Source of the DNA: Camelus ferus
Taxonomy: Eukaryota
DNA: 64,000 nucleotides
Direction of reading: 5' to 3'
Assembly (NCBI RefSeq): GCF_009834535.1
Contig: NC_045713.1
Coordinates: forward strand, 21,762,001-21,826,000
Part shown: positions 51,735 through 63,315 of the stretch, piece after piece
Layout: every line of letters starts with the position of its first letter
How positions within the stretch are numbered: the stretch's first letter is position 1
Made by a program: the position numbers and the translations under genes
Notes under the pieces: model-generated
Databases searched by the model: none
What the model saw: only the letters and a program-made list of their open reading frames with translations
What the model was told of the DNA's origin: nothing

Positions 51735-54700
51735 ATGTCGAGCCCGGGCATCAACGGCGATCCCAAGCCTCCATGCTTGCCTCGCAATGGTTTGGTGAAG
51801 CTGCCAGGCCAGCCCAACGGCCTGGGCACAGCCAGCATCACCAAGGGCACACCAGCTGCCAAGAACCGACCCTGTCACCCACCCCCACTCTCCCTCCCAC
51901 CACCCAGCCTGGCTGCCCCGCCGCCCCGGGCTGCCCTGGCCGGGGGCCTTTGCCCCCCGGCGGGGCTCCCCCTTGGTGGACCAGCCTCAGCTCCGGTGCC
52001 TGGGCCCCCAGCAGAACGGCCACCACTGGCCACCGACGAGAAAATCCTCAATGGCCTCTTCTGGTACTTCTCTGCCTGCGAGAAGTGCGTGCTGGCTCAG
52101 GTGTGCAAGGCCTGGAGGCGTGTGCTCTATCAGCCCAAGTTCTGGGCGGGCCTCACACCTGTGCTGCACGCCAAGGAGCTCTACACAGTGCTGCCTGGAG
52201 GTGAGAAGGAATTTGTGAGCCTGCAGGGCTTTGCAGCACGCGGCTTTGAGGGTTTCTGCCTGGTTGGAGTCTCCGACCTGGACATCTGTGAGTTCATCGA
52301 CAACTATGCCCTCTCCAAGAAGGGTGTCAAGGCCATGAGCCTCAAGCGTTCCACCATCACTGACGCTGGCCTGGAGGTGCGCCCTGACACTGGCCTGGAA
52401 GGGGCAGGGATCAGGGGCAGGGGCAGGCAGCAACCACTAAGCATGTGTTGGGGGGAAGTGGGAGGCAGTACCGAGAGGAAGCTTGGGCACCAAGCAGCAA
52501 AGCAGCCAAGAGCGGGGCTGGTGCCCTGAGGAGGAGCATGGCTCTGGGGTGGGGAACTGTCTACATAATTTGGGGGGACCCAGTCCAAACTGAAAAGTCA
52601 GGTCCCATGTTCCAAGATGACTAACAATTTCAAGCCAGTGACAGCAAAGTAGCCGATTAAATGTGAGGCCCTTCTGAGCTCGGGGCCCTGCATGCCTCTG
52701 AAGCCCACTTTGGGTTGGGAGGATGCTGGAGGAGGTAGGAGGAGTAGGGGCAGAGGTTGGAGGAGCAGCTGTGCAGGACCTAGACTCTAATAATCAAACC
52801 ATTAACACCAACGGCTCTGAGCACCTACTCCAGCCAGGCCCTGGGCTCCCAGATCTCCTGTGGCCTGCCTCCTTTTTTGAATGTTGTTCAGGTGTAATGA
52901 ACACACTGTAAGTGCACTTGTCAGCATACAGCTTGATGCATGTTTATACCATCTACGTGCTCAAGAACACAGCTTCCTGCCCCTCAGTGGGCTCCTTCTG
53001 CCCTGACTCCTACCATCCTCACCACTGCCTTGCAGGGAGGGGCTCACCTGGGGAATCGGTGATAGGCTTGTACCAAGGCGAGGGCGAGGTTGAGGCCTCC
53101 TGACCCCATGCCTGCCCGCCTGCAGGTGATGCTGGAGCAGATGCAAGGCGTGGTGCGCCTTGAGCTGTCGGGCTGCAACGACTTCACCGAGGCTGGGCTG
53201 TGGTCCAGCCTGAGTGCTCGCATCACCTCGCTGAGCGTGAGCGACTGCATCAATGTGGCCGATGACGCCATTGCAGCCATCTCACAGCTGCTGCCCAACC
53301 TGGCCGAGCTGAGCTTGCAGGCCTACCACGTGACGGACACAGCGCTGGCCTACTTCACGGCGCGCCAAGGCCACAGCACACACACGCTTCGCCTCCTCTC
53401 CTGCTGGGAGATCACCAACCACGGTGTGGTCAATGTGGTGCACAGCCTGCCCAATCTCACTGCTCTCAGCCTCTCTGGCTGCTCCAAGGTCACCGATGAT
53501 GGCGTGGAGCTTGTAGCCGAGAACCTGCGCAAGCTACGCAGCCTCGACCTCTCGTGGTGCCCACGCATCACCGACATGGCTCTCGAGTACGTGGCCTGCG
53601 ATCTGCACCGCCTGGAGGAGCTCGTGCTGGACAGGTATGCGTATCCCCCCATCCTGGGGCTGTGGAGGGCAGGGCTGGGTAAGGCTTACTGGACCTTCTA
53701 ACTAGGGAGCCTCCAGTAGTGGACAGGCCTGTAGCTAGAGTAGGGCTGTGGCTAGGGAGGCGGGGCCCTGATAAAACACCAGCCAAGTGAGGGCAGGGCT
53801 GAGCTGTGTCCTCTGGAGTAGAGAATAGCACTCAGTGACCAGGTAGGGGTGAAGTCTGGCTGGGATGGGGCTATGGAAAGGGCGGGGCCATGGTGGCGGG
53901 CAGGGAGTTCACGCCAGGGGCACTCCGGAAAAAGAAGGAAGGGGTCGAAACTGAGGGGACCGGGCGAGGTGATTTGAAGGTGGGCAGCCCCCCTCTGTTG
54001 CGACCACAGGTGTGTACGCATCACGGACACTGGCCTCAGCTATTTGTCCACAATGTCCTCCCTCCGCAGTCTCTACCTGCGATGGTGCTGCCAGGTACCA
54101 GCCCTCCACGCCTCTGGAGATTGGGGAGTAGGCAGGGGAGGTGGGGGGCACGGGGAAATCCCCCACCCAGACAAGCAGCTGACCTGCACCCGGCCCACTC
54201 AGATCTTGTAGGGAAGTCTGGGATCCCCCCACACCCAGCGGCCGACATAATTGGAGAGAAAGGAGTCCCCAGGGCCCTCACCGACTCTGTGGGGAGCTGA
54301 GAAACCCCCGTTTTGAACCCATCCCCCGCCCCCTATGGCCTGACCCCAGGAATGAGGCTCCCTCAGGGAGCCAACGTAAATAAACTCGCCTCGCCCTCCC
54401 GCGCAGGTGCAGGACTTTGGGCTGAAGCACCTCCTGGCCATGAGGAGTTTGCGTCTCTTGTCTCTGGCAGGTGAGACCCCCTGGTGCCCTCCTGGACGGT
54501 GACCACCTACCCACACCTAGTCCTACTAAGCCAGCCCTGCCGGGTCCCCTGTGCAGATCCATACCTGGGGTTGACTCGCTGTGGCCCAGGTCTCAGTCAG
54601 AGGACCCCCGCCCCCCCCCCCGCCTCGGCCTCTCGGAGCCCCGGGCCCCGCCCACTCAGCCGCCGACCCTCCTCCCGCCCGCCGCAGGCTGCCCGCTGCT

Positions 54701-54836
54701 GACCACCACAGGGCTGTCGGGCCTGGTGCAGCTGCAGGAGCTGGAGGAGCTGGAGCTGACCAACTGCCCTGGGGCCACCCCTGAGCTCTTCAAGTACTTC
54801 TCGCAGCACCTGCCCCGCTGCCTCGTCATCGAGTAG
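51735..54836 (+). CDS. FBXL16: F-box and leucine-rich repeat protein 16, 482 aa
   Basis: Exons 51735-52376, 53126-53634, 54010-54094, 54407-54470 and 54688-54836 total 1449 nt. N-terminus [30 protein letters not shown]-box [21 protein letters not shown]1-type LRRs, ends [12 protein letters not shown]. Confidence 0.98.
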
Positions 54837-56076
54837 CGCAGGGCCTCCCCGCCCCCGTCGCAGGAGCCCGCCGCGCTCTGGGCGGGGACGCCGGGGCGCC
54901 GCTGAGCCGCGGCTCCTCGGCCCCTTGTTCTCCTCCCGGCCCCGCCCCGGGCAGGGAGGGCGGCGGACTGACCAGCCCCGCGCACGCACGCACATTCGGG
55001 GACTTTGTGCATGCCCCTCGTGCCCGCACTGCACGCCCGCCCTCCACCACGCCACAGCCGCCTCCATCCTTCGCCAGCCCGCCCGCCCGCCGGCGGTGGG
55101 GGACTGGGGCTTGGTCCTGGGAGCGCTTTGAGCTCGCCAGGCGGCCACCCTTACCGCCTTCCTCGCCACACCCTGTTCTGTCTCCCCGCCGTCCCCCCAC
55201 CCCGGGCAGGGCCCAGGGGGATTGAGGGGAACTGGGTCTCCCAGGACTTAGGGGCCCGGAAGAGCCCTAGGGCTTCCCGCATCTTCCACTGCACCGCGCC
55301 TGGAGCCCTCCGAGGGGTGCGAGGGGAAACAGGCCGCCGCCAAAGCCATGGCCCACCCAGGAGCCCAAGTCCCACCCACCCTCCCCCCTCCTCATGCCAG
55401 CCTGACCCCAACGACCTCTCCTCTTCCTTGCCGCCGTATGAAACAGTCCCTACTCGCCCCACCCCGACTCCAAGGCCTAAGGTCCTTGGGCCCTCGCCAG
55501 GCTAGGGCAGAATTGGATTAGGAGAGGGGCCGCTAGGCTGACAATGACCTTGGCATAATCAACATTAGCCCAGTTGGCTCCAGTCCGCCTCAACCCAGCG
55601 GTGGTGGTACAGCTGCCTTGTGAGACCTTAAGCTGGAGTGAACCTCATGGCCTGCAGGCCTTGGGGCCTTGGGAGCAGTCCTGGGTGGACCCCACCCCAC
55701 AGCCCCTGTAGCCAGCTGGGTTCAGGACCCTCAGCGCCACACTTCACCCTGGGCAGGTCTCCATTAGGTGGAAGCTGAAAAGGGGGGCCCCAGCTGAGGC
55801 TTACGGCCAGTGCCAGCCAGCAACTCTGATCTTCCAGTGGCCAGCACACCCTTAACACCCAGAGGAGGGAGGGCTCCTTTCTAGCTGCACCCCTCAACCC
55901 ATCTTCCCAAATCTCTGTCTGCCCACATGGGCTCACCATGTTCTGTCCAATCCCAAGACGCTGGGATGTCCTGGGGGTGCTGGCACATCTTGGCAATTGC
56001 TGAGGAGGGGGCTGGGACCCCTTTCCATCCCAACCTTGAGCCCCAGGATGTACAGCACCCACATCCAATTTTGGGA

Positions 56077-56213
56077 NNNNNNNNNNNNNNNNNNNNNNNN
56101 NNNNNNNNNNNNNNNNNNNNNNNNNNNNNNNNNNNNNNNNNNNNNNNNNNNNNNNNNNNNNNNNNNNNNNNNNNNNNNNNNNNNNNNNNNNNNNNNNNNN
56201 NNNNNNNNNNNNN
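56077..56213. other. Assembly gap (N run), probably in the FBXL16 3'UTR
   Basis: Run of N. Confidence 1.
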
Positions 56214-56391
56214 CAACAGCCCAAAGATTTCCCTGCCCCTGGAGCACTGGCCAGAGGCTCCAGGGTTGAGGTGGTCAGGAGCCAGTTTCTTCAGCTTCTT
56301 CTCCCCACAGCTCCCTAGTGGGGAGGGGCAGCTGTCCATTTGTCCAAAGTATTAATGCAACTGAAGCTGTGATATTTCCAATGACTGTAGG

Positions 56392-56571
56392 NNNNNNNNN
56401 NNNNNNNNNNNNNNNNNNNNNNNNNNNNNNNNNNNNNNNNNNNNNNNNNNNNNNNNNNNNNNNNNNNNNNNNNNNNNNNNNNNNNNNNNNNNNNNNNNNN
56501 NNNNNNNNNNNNNNNNNNNNNNNNNNNNNNNNNNNNNNNNNNNNNNNNNNNNNNNNNNNNNNNNNNNNNNN
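56392..56571. other. Assembly gap (N run)
   Basis: Run of N. Confidence 1.
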
Positions 56572-56679
56572 ACACAGGTCTGAATTGTTTTTAGGTCATC
56601 AGACCATGGTGGGGGAGGGTGTATCTGTCTTGAGTGGCATACATCTGAATTTTTGTGCACCTCTCATCAGACTTATTGG

Positions 56680-57240
56680 TTCTTTCAACAAACATGTAGA
56701 GGCTGGTAACACTGTGCCAGACTGGAAACCCAGCAGTGACCAACACAGAAGGTCCCTAACCTCTCACTGCTTAAGTAGGGAGAGACACTAAAATCATTAC
56801 ACATAAGATTCCGTCCAAAATATCTAGGATCTAACCTATCCTTTCAGAAGGGCAAAAATGAGCCCTGTTTCCTGCACAGGGTAACTGAGGTTAAGAGAGG
56901 GTCAAGGGTGTCCTTAAAGATCACACGGCAAGGACAGACCAGGGATCATACCCAAGAGAGAAAGGGAGGCTCAGAGATGGTCACTGAGCGGGTTGTGAAC
57001 AGGTCATGTCAGACGTTGGAGCTCTTGGAGACACAGAAAGATGTGATCCTTGCCTGGTAGAGTTCACACACATATGTGACAGACGATAATCAGTATACAA
57101 AGGAAAAGGTTGTGACAAGTGCTGTGGAGGTGGAGGTGACAGTGACCGGAGAGGCAGTGTTAGATGCAGTGGTCCGGGAATGCTTCTGAGAATGTGACAC
57201 TTAAGCTGAACCCTGAAGGATAAGAAGACGCGTTATGGAG
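56680..57240 (+). mobile_element. L2 LINE remnant
   Basis: TTCAACAAACATGTAGAGGC..AAAGATGTGATCCTTGCCTGGTAGAGTTCACA..GCTTCTGAGAATGTGACACTTAAGCTGAACCCTGAAGGATAAG. Confidence 0.6.
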
Positions 57241-57920
57241 AGAGAGCGACAACGTGTGATGGCGGTGAGGCAGGAAAGAACTCGGCGGGCTGGAAGCTGC
57301 GGGGCCTAGAGGTGCGCGGGGAAAGGAAGACGCCGGGAGTTTGCGATTTATTCACAGTCCGGTGGAAACTTCAGAGGGACCTTAGGCCAAAGAGTGGTAT
57401 CTGGCTGCTGTGCGGGGTTCAGATCAGGGGGAACGAGTGACCCAGGGAAAGCTGTCAGGAAGCTGCTCACGGGGTCTGGCGGAGAATGAGGAAGGAGGCG
57501 GAGACGACGGAGGGATTCGGGACTCGTTTAAGGAAGCCTAGACTTGCCGACGGACCTTGGGGGAGAGATGAACACTGGTATTAATATACTGCGACAAAAA
57601 GAACAACCCCCGATACGCAATCGGGGAGCCTCTGTACCCAAGTCCTGAACCACACACCTCGGCCTCTACCAGCGCAGCTCCCTAATCCGGAACTTTGGTG
57701 ATGTGGGCGTCCGCTTCCAGCCAGGGGCTGGCAAGTAAAGGACCACGTCCGGCGTGGGGGCGGGAAAGAGACGGGCTGCTTCCGGCGCGGCGGTTCCGGC
57801 TCGGCTGGGTAATTTTAGGAAATGGTTTGGGTGTTCTCGGAAGGAGCGATTTATACGGTTCTTCTGGCTCTGTTCCCGCAGCCTCCGCGCCGCCAGCCTC
57901 TTCTGCTTCCGGTCCCGCCA
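57240..57920 (+). promoter_or_regulatory. WDR24 CpG-island promoter
   Basis: CpG-rich, with repeated CTTCCGG/TTCCGG ETS motifs (~57779, ~57794, ~57906) and a GC box. Confidence 0.7.
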
Positions 57921-58421
57921 GACACCCCCAGGCTCCTTAAACAGCTTGATCCTTGAAGTCCCTCTGTGTCCCCCGCCCCTCTACAGCCTGTGTCTTCTGG
58001 GCCCCGTTAGCCCTTCTACCCCCCTCCCCAGAGGCCAATTGTGCGGACGGTGGAACAACCTGACTTAACTGACTGACTGAAGGTCCAGTGACCGTTCTGA
58101 TCTGGCTGTTTTGGGGGGGAGTGCGGTTCGAGAGGTGGCCTGGCCTGGGACTGACCAGGTAGGGTCTTCCCCAGAAGTCAGACATGGCACTGACTAGCCT
58201 CAGGGCAGTACCTTCTGACTGCCTGGCCAGAGTGGTGGAACTTGCCTATCAGACTGACTAACGGTGGACTGCCTTGGAATGGCTCACCAAGGCTGACCAG
58301 TCCAGGCCTAAGCAGTTTTGGAGGAACCACCAGGGGTGAAGGGTCCGAACTGACAGGCCCCTGCCTCCAGCCTGACCAGGCCTGCCCACTTCACTGACCT
58401 GTCCCCACCACCTGTGAAGCC

Positions 58422-61400
58422 ATGGAGAAGATGTCTCGCGTGACTACAGCCCTGGGTGGCAGCGCACTGACGGGCCGCACCATGCACTGCCACCTGGATG
58501 CACCAGCCAATGCCATCAGTGTGTGCCGTGATGCAGCCCAGGTAGTGGTGGCCGGTCGCAGCATCTTCAAGATCTATGCCATCGAGGAGGAGCAGTTTGT
58601 GGAGAAGCTGAACCTGCGTGTGGGCCGCAAGCCCTCACTCAACCTGAGCTGTGCAGATGTTGTCTGGCACCAGATGGATGAGAACCTGCTGGCCACAGCT
58701 GCCACCAATGGTGTGGTGGTCACCTGGAACTTGGGCCGGCCGTCCCGCAACAAGCAGGACCAGCTGTTTACTGAGCACAAGCGCACAGTGAACAAAGTCT
58801 GCTTCCATCCCACCGAGGCCCATGTGCTTCTCAGTGGCTCCCAGGATGGCTTCATGAAGTGCTTTGATCTTCGCAGGAAGGACTCTGTCAGCACTTTCTC
58901 GGGTGAGGCCCTTGGAGGTGGGTTGGGCAGGTGTGCATCTCTGCAGGCAGCTAGCCTGTCTAGGCATGTTGAGAAGTGCTCTGTGCATTAAAAGCCTTCA
59001 GATGTGCTCCCAGACGGCCTCCTGGAGGAGGGGGTCAGCCTAGCTGGAAGAGTGGATGGAGGTCAGCAGGGGAGGGGTAGGCCTGATGGAAGTGTGAGGG
59101 GTACCTGGAGTGTGGTCGTAGCTCTGATGCACTTGTGGGGTCAGCAGGAGTTGAGGCTGGGTGTAGGATCAGGGAGAGGGTAGAGCCTGAGCAGATCCAC
59201 AACTAACCTGGGCAGCTGAGCAAAGGGTTTGTTTAACTGCCTCTTCCCTTGTCTCAGAGCTCCAGGCCACCTTACTGCATGATGTCTTCTACTTCCAGGG
59301 TCCTCAGCCCAGGGAAGCAGTAGCGGTGTGGCACACAGCCTGGTGCTGCTCCTACAGTTATTTTCCCAGGAGGCCCAGCCCCCTGACAGCCCAACTTGAG
59401 CCAGCTTTCCCTCTTCCACCTTGATGAGATCAAGTGAAGCATAGGGCAGAGCCCTCAGAGAACTGGGGGCCCTCTTAAGACAGACCTTGAGCTACCTGTG
59501 CTGAGACAAAGCTGGAGTGGTCCACAAGGGTGGACATGACCCTCAAGGCCTCCAGTCCTCTGGAGCTGACCTGGCAGCTCCAGCTAAAGGTGAAGGGACT
59601 GGGCAGAGGTGGGGGCAGCCCATTCATGCCTCCTTGGGCCTGAGGCCTGTGACGTATTGTGGACAGATGGCCCAGTGAGGCTCCTGTTCACTCAATGCTC
59701 TGATACCCAGTCCTGAAGCTGGCCACAGCTTTGCACAAGGACTGATGTCAAGACACAGAATCCAGGAAAAATCAAGGTCCAGGAGTTTGTGTCAAAAAAA
59801 CACCCAATGCCTGTCCTGCTTGCCAGCCCAGGCTATTCTTGTCTGCTCTGTGAGCCCTCTCTGTACCCCCGTCTGCCCTGGGCAGGCCTCCTGACCTGGG
59901 TCACAGGCAGATGTGACATCAGTCCACATCCATTCTGAGGGCTCCGCTCTTGATTGCTGTCCCTCCTGGAGCTCCCTGGAGGCTGGCCCCCTGACCTTCT
60001 CGGCTCCACTGATGTCCTGCCCACAGGCCAGTCTGAGAGTGTGCGTGACGTCCAGTTCAGCATCCGGGACTACTTCACCTTCGCCTCCACCTTTGAGAAC
60101 GGCAACGTGCAGCTCTGGGACATTCGGCGGCCGGACCGCTGTGAGAGAATGTTCACAGCCCACAATGGGCCTGTCTTCTGCTGCGACTGGCACCCAGAGG
60201 ACAGGTGTGGGGTGGGGTGGGGGCTGGGGCGACGGGGCAAGGCAGGTGGGGCTTATGGAAGGGCTATCTCACTGCCTCAAGGCATGTGAGACAGAGAGTG
60301 GGGAGCCCTCCCATCCCAAAAGAGGACACTGAGAGCTTCCTGGGCTTTCTGCAGGGGCTGGCTGGCCACAGGTGGGCGTGACAAGATGGTCAAGGTCTGG
60401 GACATGACTACACACCGAGCTAAGGAGGTGCATTGTGTGCAAACCATTGCATCTGTGGCCAGAGTCAAGTGGCGACCTGAGTGCCGCCACCACCTAGCCA
60501 CGTGCTCCATGATGGTGGACCACAACATCTACGTGTGGGATGTGCGCCGACCCTTTGTGCCAGCCGCCATGTTTGAGGAACACCGCGACGTCACAACAGG
60601 CATCGCCTGGCGCCACCCACATGACCCCTCCTTCCTGCTCTCCGGCTCCAAGGACAGCACCCTGTGCCAGCACCTGTTCCGTGATGCCAGTCAGCCCGTT
60701 GAGCGCGCCAACCCTGAGGGTCTCTGCTACGGTCTCTTTGGGGATCTGGCCTTTGCAGCCAAGGAGAGCCTAGTGGCAACTGAATCGGGGCGCAAACCCT
60801 ACACCGGGGATCGGCGCCACCCAATCTTTTTCAAGCGCAAGCTGGATCCAGCTGAGCCCTTTGCAGGCCTTGCCTCCAGTGCCCTCAGTGTCTTTGAAAT
60901 GGAGCCTGGCAGTGGTAGCATGAGCTGGTTTGTGGACACGGCTGAACGTTATGCCCTGGCTGGCCGGCCACTGGCTGAACTCTGTGACCACAATGCAAAA
61001 GTGGCTCGAGAGCTTGGCCGCAACCAGGTAGGTGAGGCTGGGCTGAGGGGGCCATGACCTTGGGGCAGCATCAGGAGGCTTCTCTGACTTTGCTAAGCCC
61101 AGACCCTGTCTTGAGTTTGGTGCTTGGCTCTGGTCAAGGCTACCACTGGCTTTTGCCCCAGTAACTGAGGGTGTCCAGAGCCCCAAGAGTGGGCCAGACG
61201 CCAGTGCCATTCTTGGGGTGCCGGTCTGGGGTATTGTGGGGCTGGAGCCCCCTTTTCTGGCTTATCTTGCTTTTGGATTTCCCAAGGCATCTGGCCCTGC
61301 AGAAGTCCACAGTGCTTCTCTCATCACCTCCGTGGATCCCAGGCTCGTTTCCACATTTCCTTCTGTGCCTCTGCTGGATGGAGGCTAGGATTTTTGTCTT

Positions 61401-63025
61401 TCCCGAGAGAGCCTCAGCTCCCCTATCTGGGGTGGGCCAGGACATTGGGTCCCTGGGGCAGCTGAAAGCTGAGGGTTTGTGGTTCCGTGGGGGGGGGGGG
61501 GTACCTGCACAGGCTGCCAGGGACCTAGGACCCTGTGAGTGACCAGTGCCCACCTCTAGGTGGCGCAGACGTGGACCATGCTACGAATCATCTACTGTAG
61601 CCCTGGCCTAGTGCCTGCCACCAACCTCAACCACAGTGTGGGCAAGGGCAGCTCCTGCGGCCTGCCACTCATGAACAGGTAGACACCTGGGGGTGGCACT
61701 CCCTAGTGGGTAGGATTGCTGGAGCCCACCCACCTATTGACCCTCCCTCCCCCCAGTTTCAACTTGAAGGATATGGCCCCAGGGCTGGGCAGTGAGACGC
61801 GGCTGGACCGCAGCAAGGGTGACACACGGAGTGACACAGTGCTGCTGGACTCCTCAGCCACGCTCATCACCAATGAAGGTAGGCTAGAGGGCAGGCACAG
61901 AGCGTTCATGGGAGTGGGACTGGGGCATGCCAGAGCAAGCCGGCCCTTGAATGCCCTCACTCCCTTGGGCAGATAACGAGGAGACCGAGGGCAGCGATGT
62001 GCCTGCGGATTATCTGCTGGGCGATGTGGAGGGTGAGGAGGATGAGCTGTACCTCCTGGACCCAGAGCATGCACACTGTAAGTGGGGCTTGGGGAGGGGG
62101 AGGGGAGGGGAGGCGGGGCCAGAGACTCAGACCCTGCCTACCCCGCCCTGCACCACAGCCGAGGAGCCAGAGTACGTGCTGCCCCAGGAGGCCTTCCCGC
62201 TGCGCCACGAGATTGTGGACACCCCGCCCGGGCCTGAGCACCTGCAGGACAAGGCTGACTCGCCCCACGTGAGCGGCAGTGAGGCAGACGCAGCCTCCCT
62301 GGTGCCTATGGACTCCTCATTCTCACTCATCTCTGTCTCACACGCACTGTACGACAGCCGCCTACCGCCTGACTTCTTCAGCGCCCTGGTGTGTGACATG
62401 CTGCGCTTCTATGCCGAGCAGGGTGACGTGCAGATGGCCGTATCCGTGCTCATCGTGCTGGGTGAACGTGTGCGCAAGGACATCGACGAGCAGACCCAGG
62501 TGGGTGACAGGGTCTAGGGGGCTTTCCTGGAGCAGCTGCTACCCCCAGGACTGCCCCTGTACGGTCCCCCTGCACCCATACCCGTGTCTGTGCCCAGCAC
62601 AGTCTGGTGAGGCCCCTCAGTGCGCTTGCGACCCTGGCTTCCTACCTCCCTCCCCCTCCCCACACCACCAGGAGCACTGGTACACGTCCTACATCGACCT
62701 GCTGCAGCGCTTCTGCCTCTGGAACGTGTCCAACCAGGTGGTCAAGCTCAGCACCAGCCGCGCCATCAGCTGCCTCAACCAGGCCTCCACCACCCTGCAC
62801 GTCAACTGCAGTCACTGCAAGCGGCCCATGAGCAGCCGGGGCTGGGTCTGCGACAGGTGCCACCGCTGCGCCAGCATGTGCGCCGTCTGCCACCACGTGG
62901 TCAAGGGTCTCTTCGTGTGGTGCCAGGGCTGCAGTCATGGCGGCCACCTGCAGCACATCATGAAGTGGCTGGAGGGCAGCTCCCACTGCCCTGCCGGCTG
63001 TGGCCACCTGTGCGAGTACTCCTGA
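58422..63025 (+). CDS. WDR24: GATOR2 complex protein WDR24, 790 aa
   Basis: Exons 58422-58902, 60027-60204, 60355-61027, 61560-61678, 61757-61878, 61973-62077, 62159-62499 and 62672-63025 total 2373 nt. N-terminus [36 protein letters not shown]40 repeats, C-terminal zinc finger/RING ([23 protein letters not shown]). Confidence 0.98.
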
Positions 63026-63067
63026 CCAGCCTGCCGGACCCGGAGGGGGGGTGGGGCTTATGAACCA

Positions 63068-63073
63068 AATAAA
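63068..63073 (+). terminator. Probable WDR24 polyadenylation signal
   Basis: AATAAA 42 nt after the TGA. Confidence 0.8.
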
Positions 63074-63315
63074 GGAAGCAGGAGCCGCAGTCTGGGGCTA
63101 CCTGTCATCTGGTCGCGTCGCTTAAGGTCGGATCCCCGCGGGAGGTTGTGTCGCCAAGTGAGCTGTCAGTAGCCAGTAGCTGCTTCTGGTGTGGCCTTCG
63201 TCCCGCCTTTCGGAAGTACCCCCTCCTTCCGGGGCGGGCCAAAGGAGGCCGCTTCCGGGAGCCGCGCCGTTGCCACGACGACGAAGTTCCCGGCATGCCT
63301 CGCGGCGGCGGGCTC

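Noticed and set aside
57608-57626. Perfect 7-bp hairpin CCCCGAT-ACGCA-ATCGGGG upstream of WDR24
   Set aside because: Too short to be significant in a 64-kb GC-rich window.
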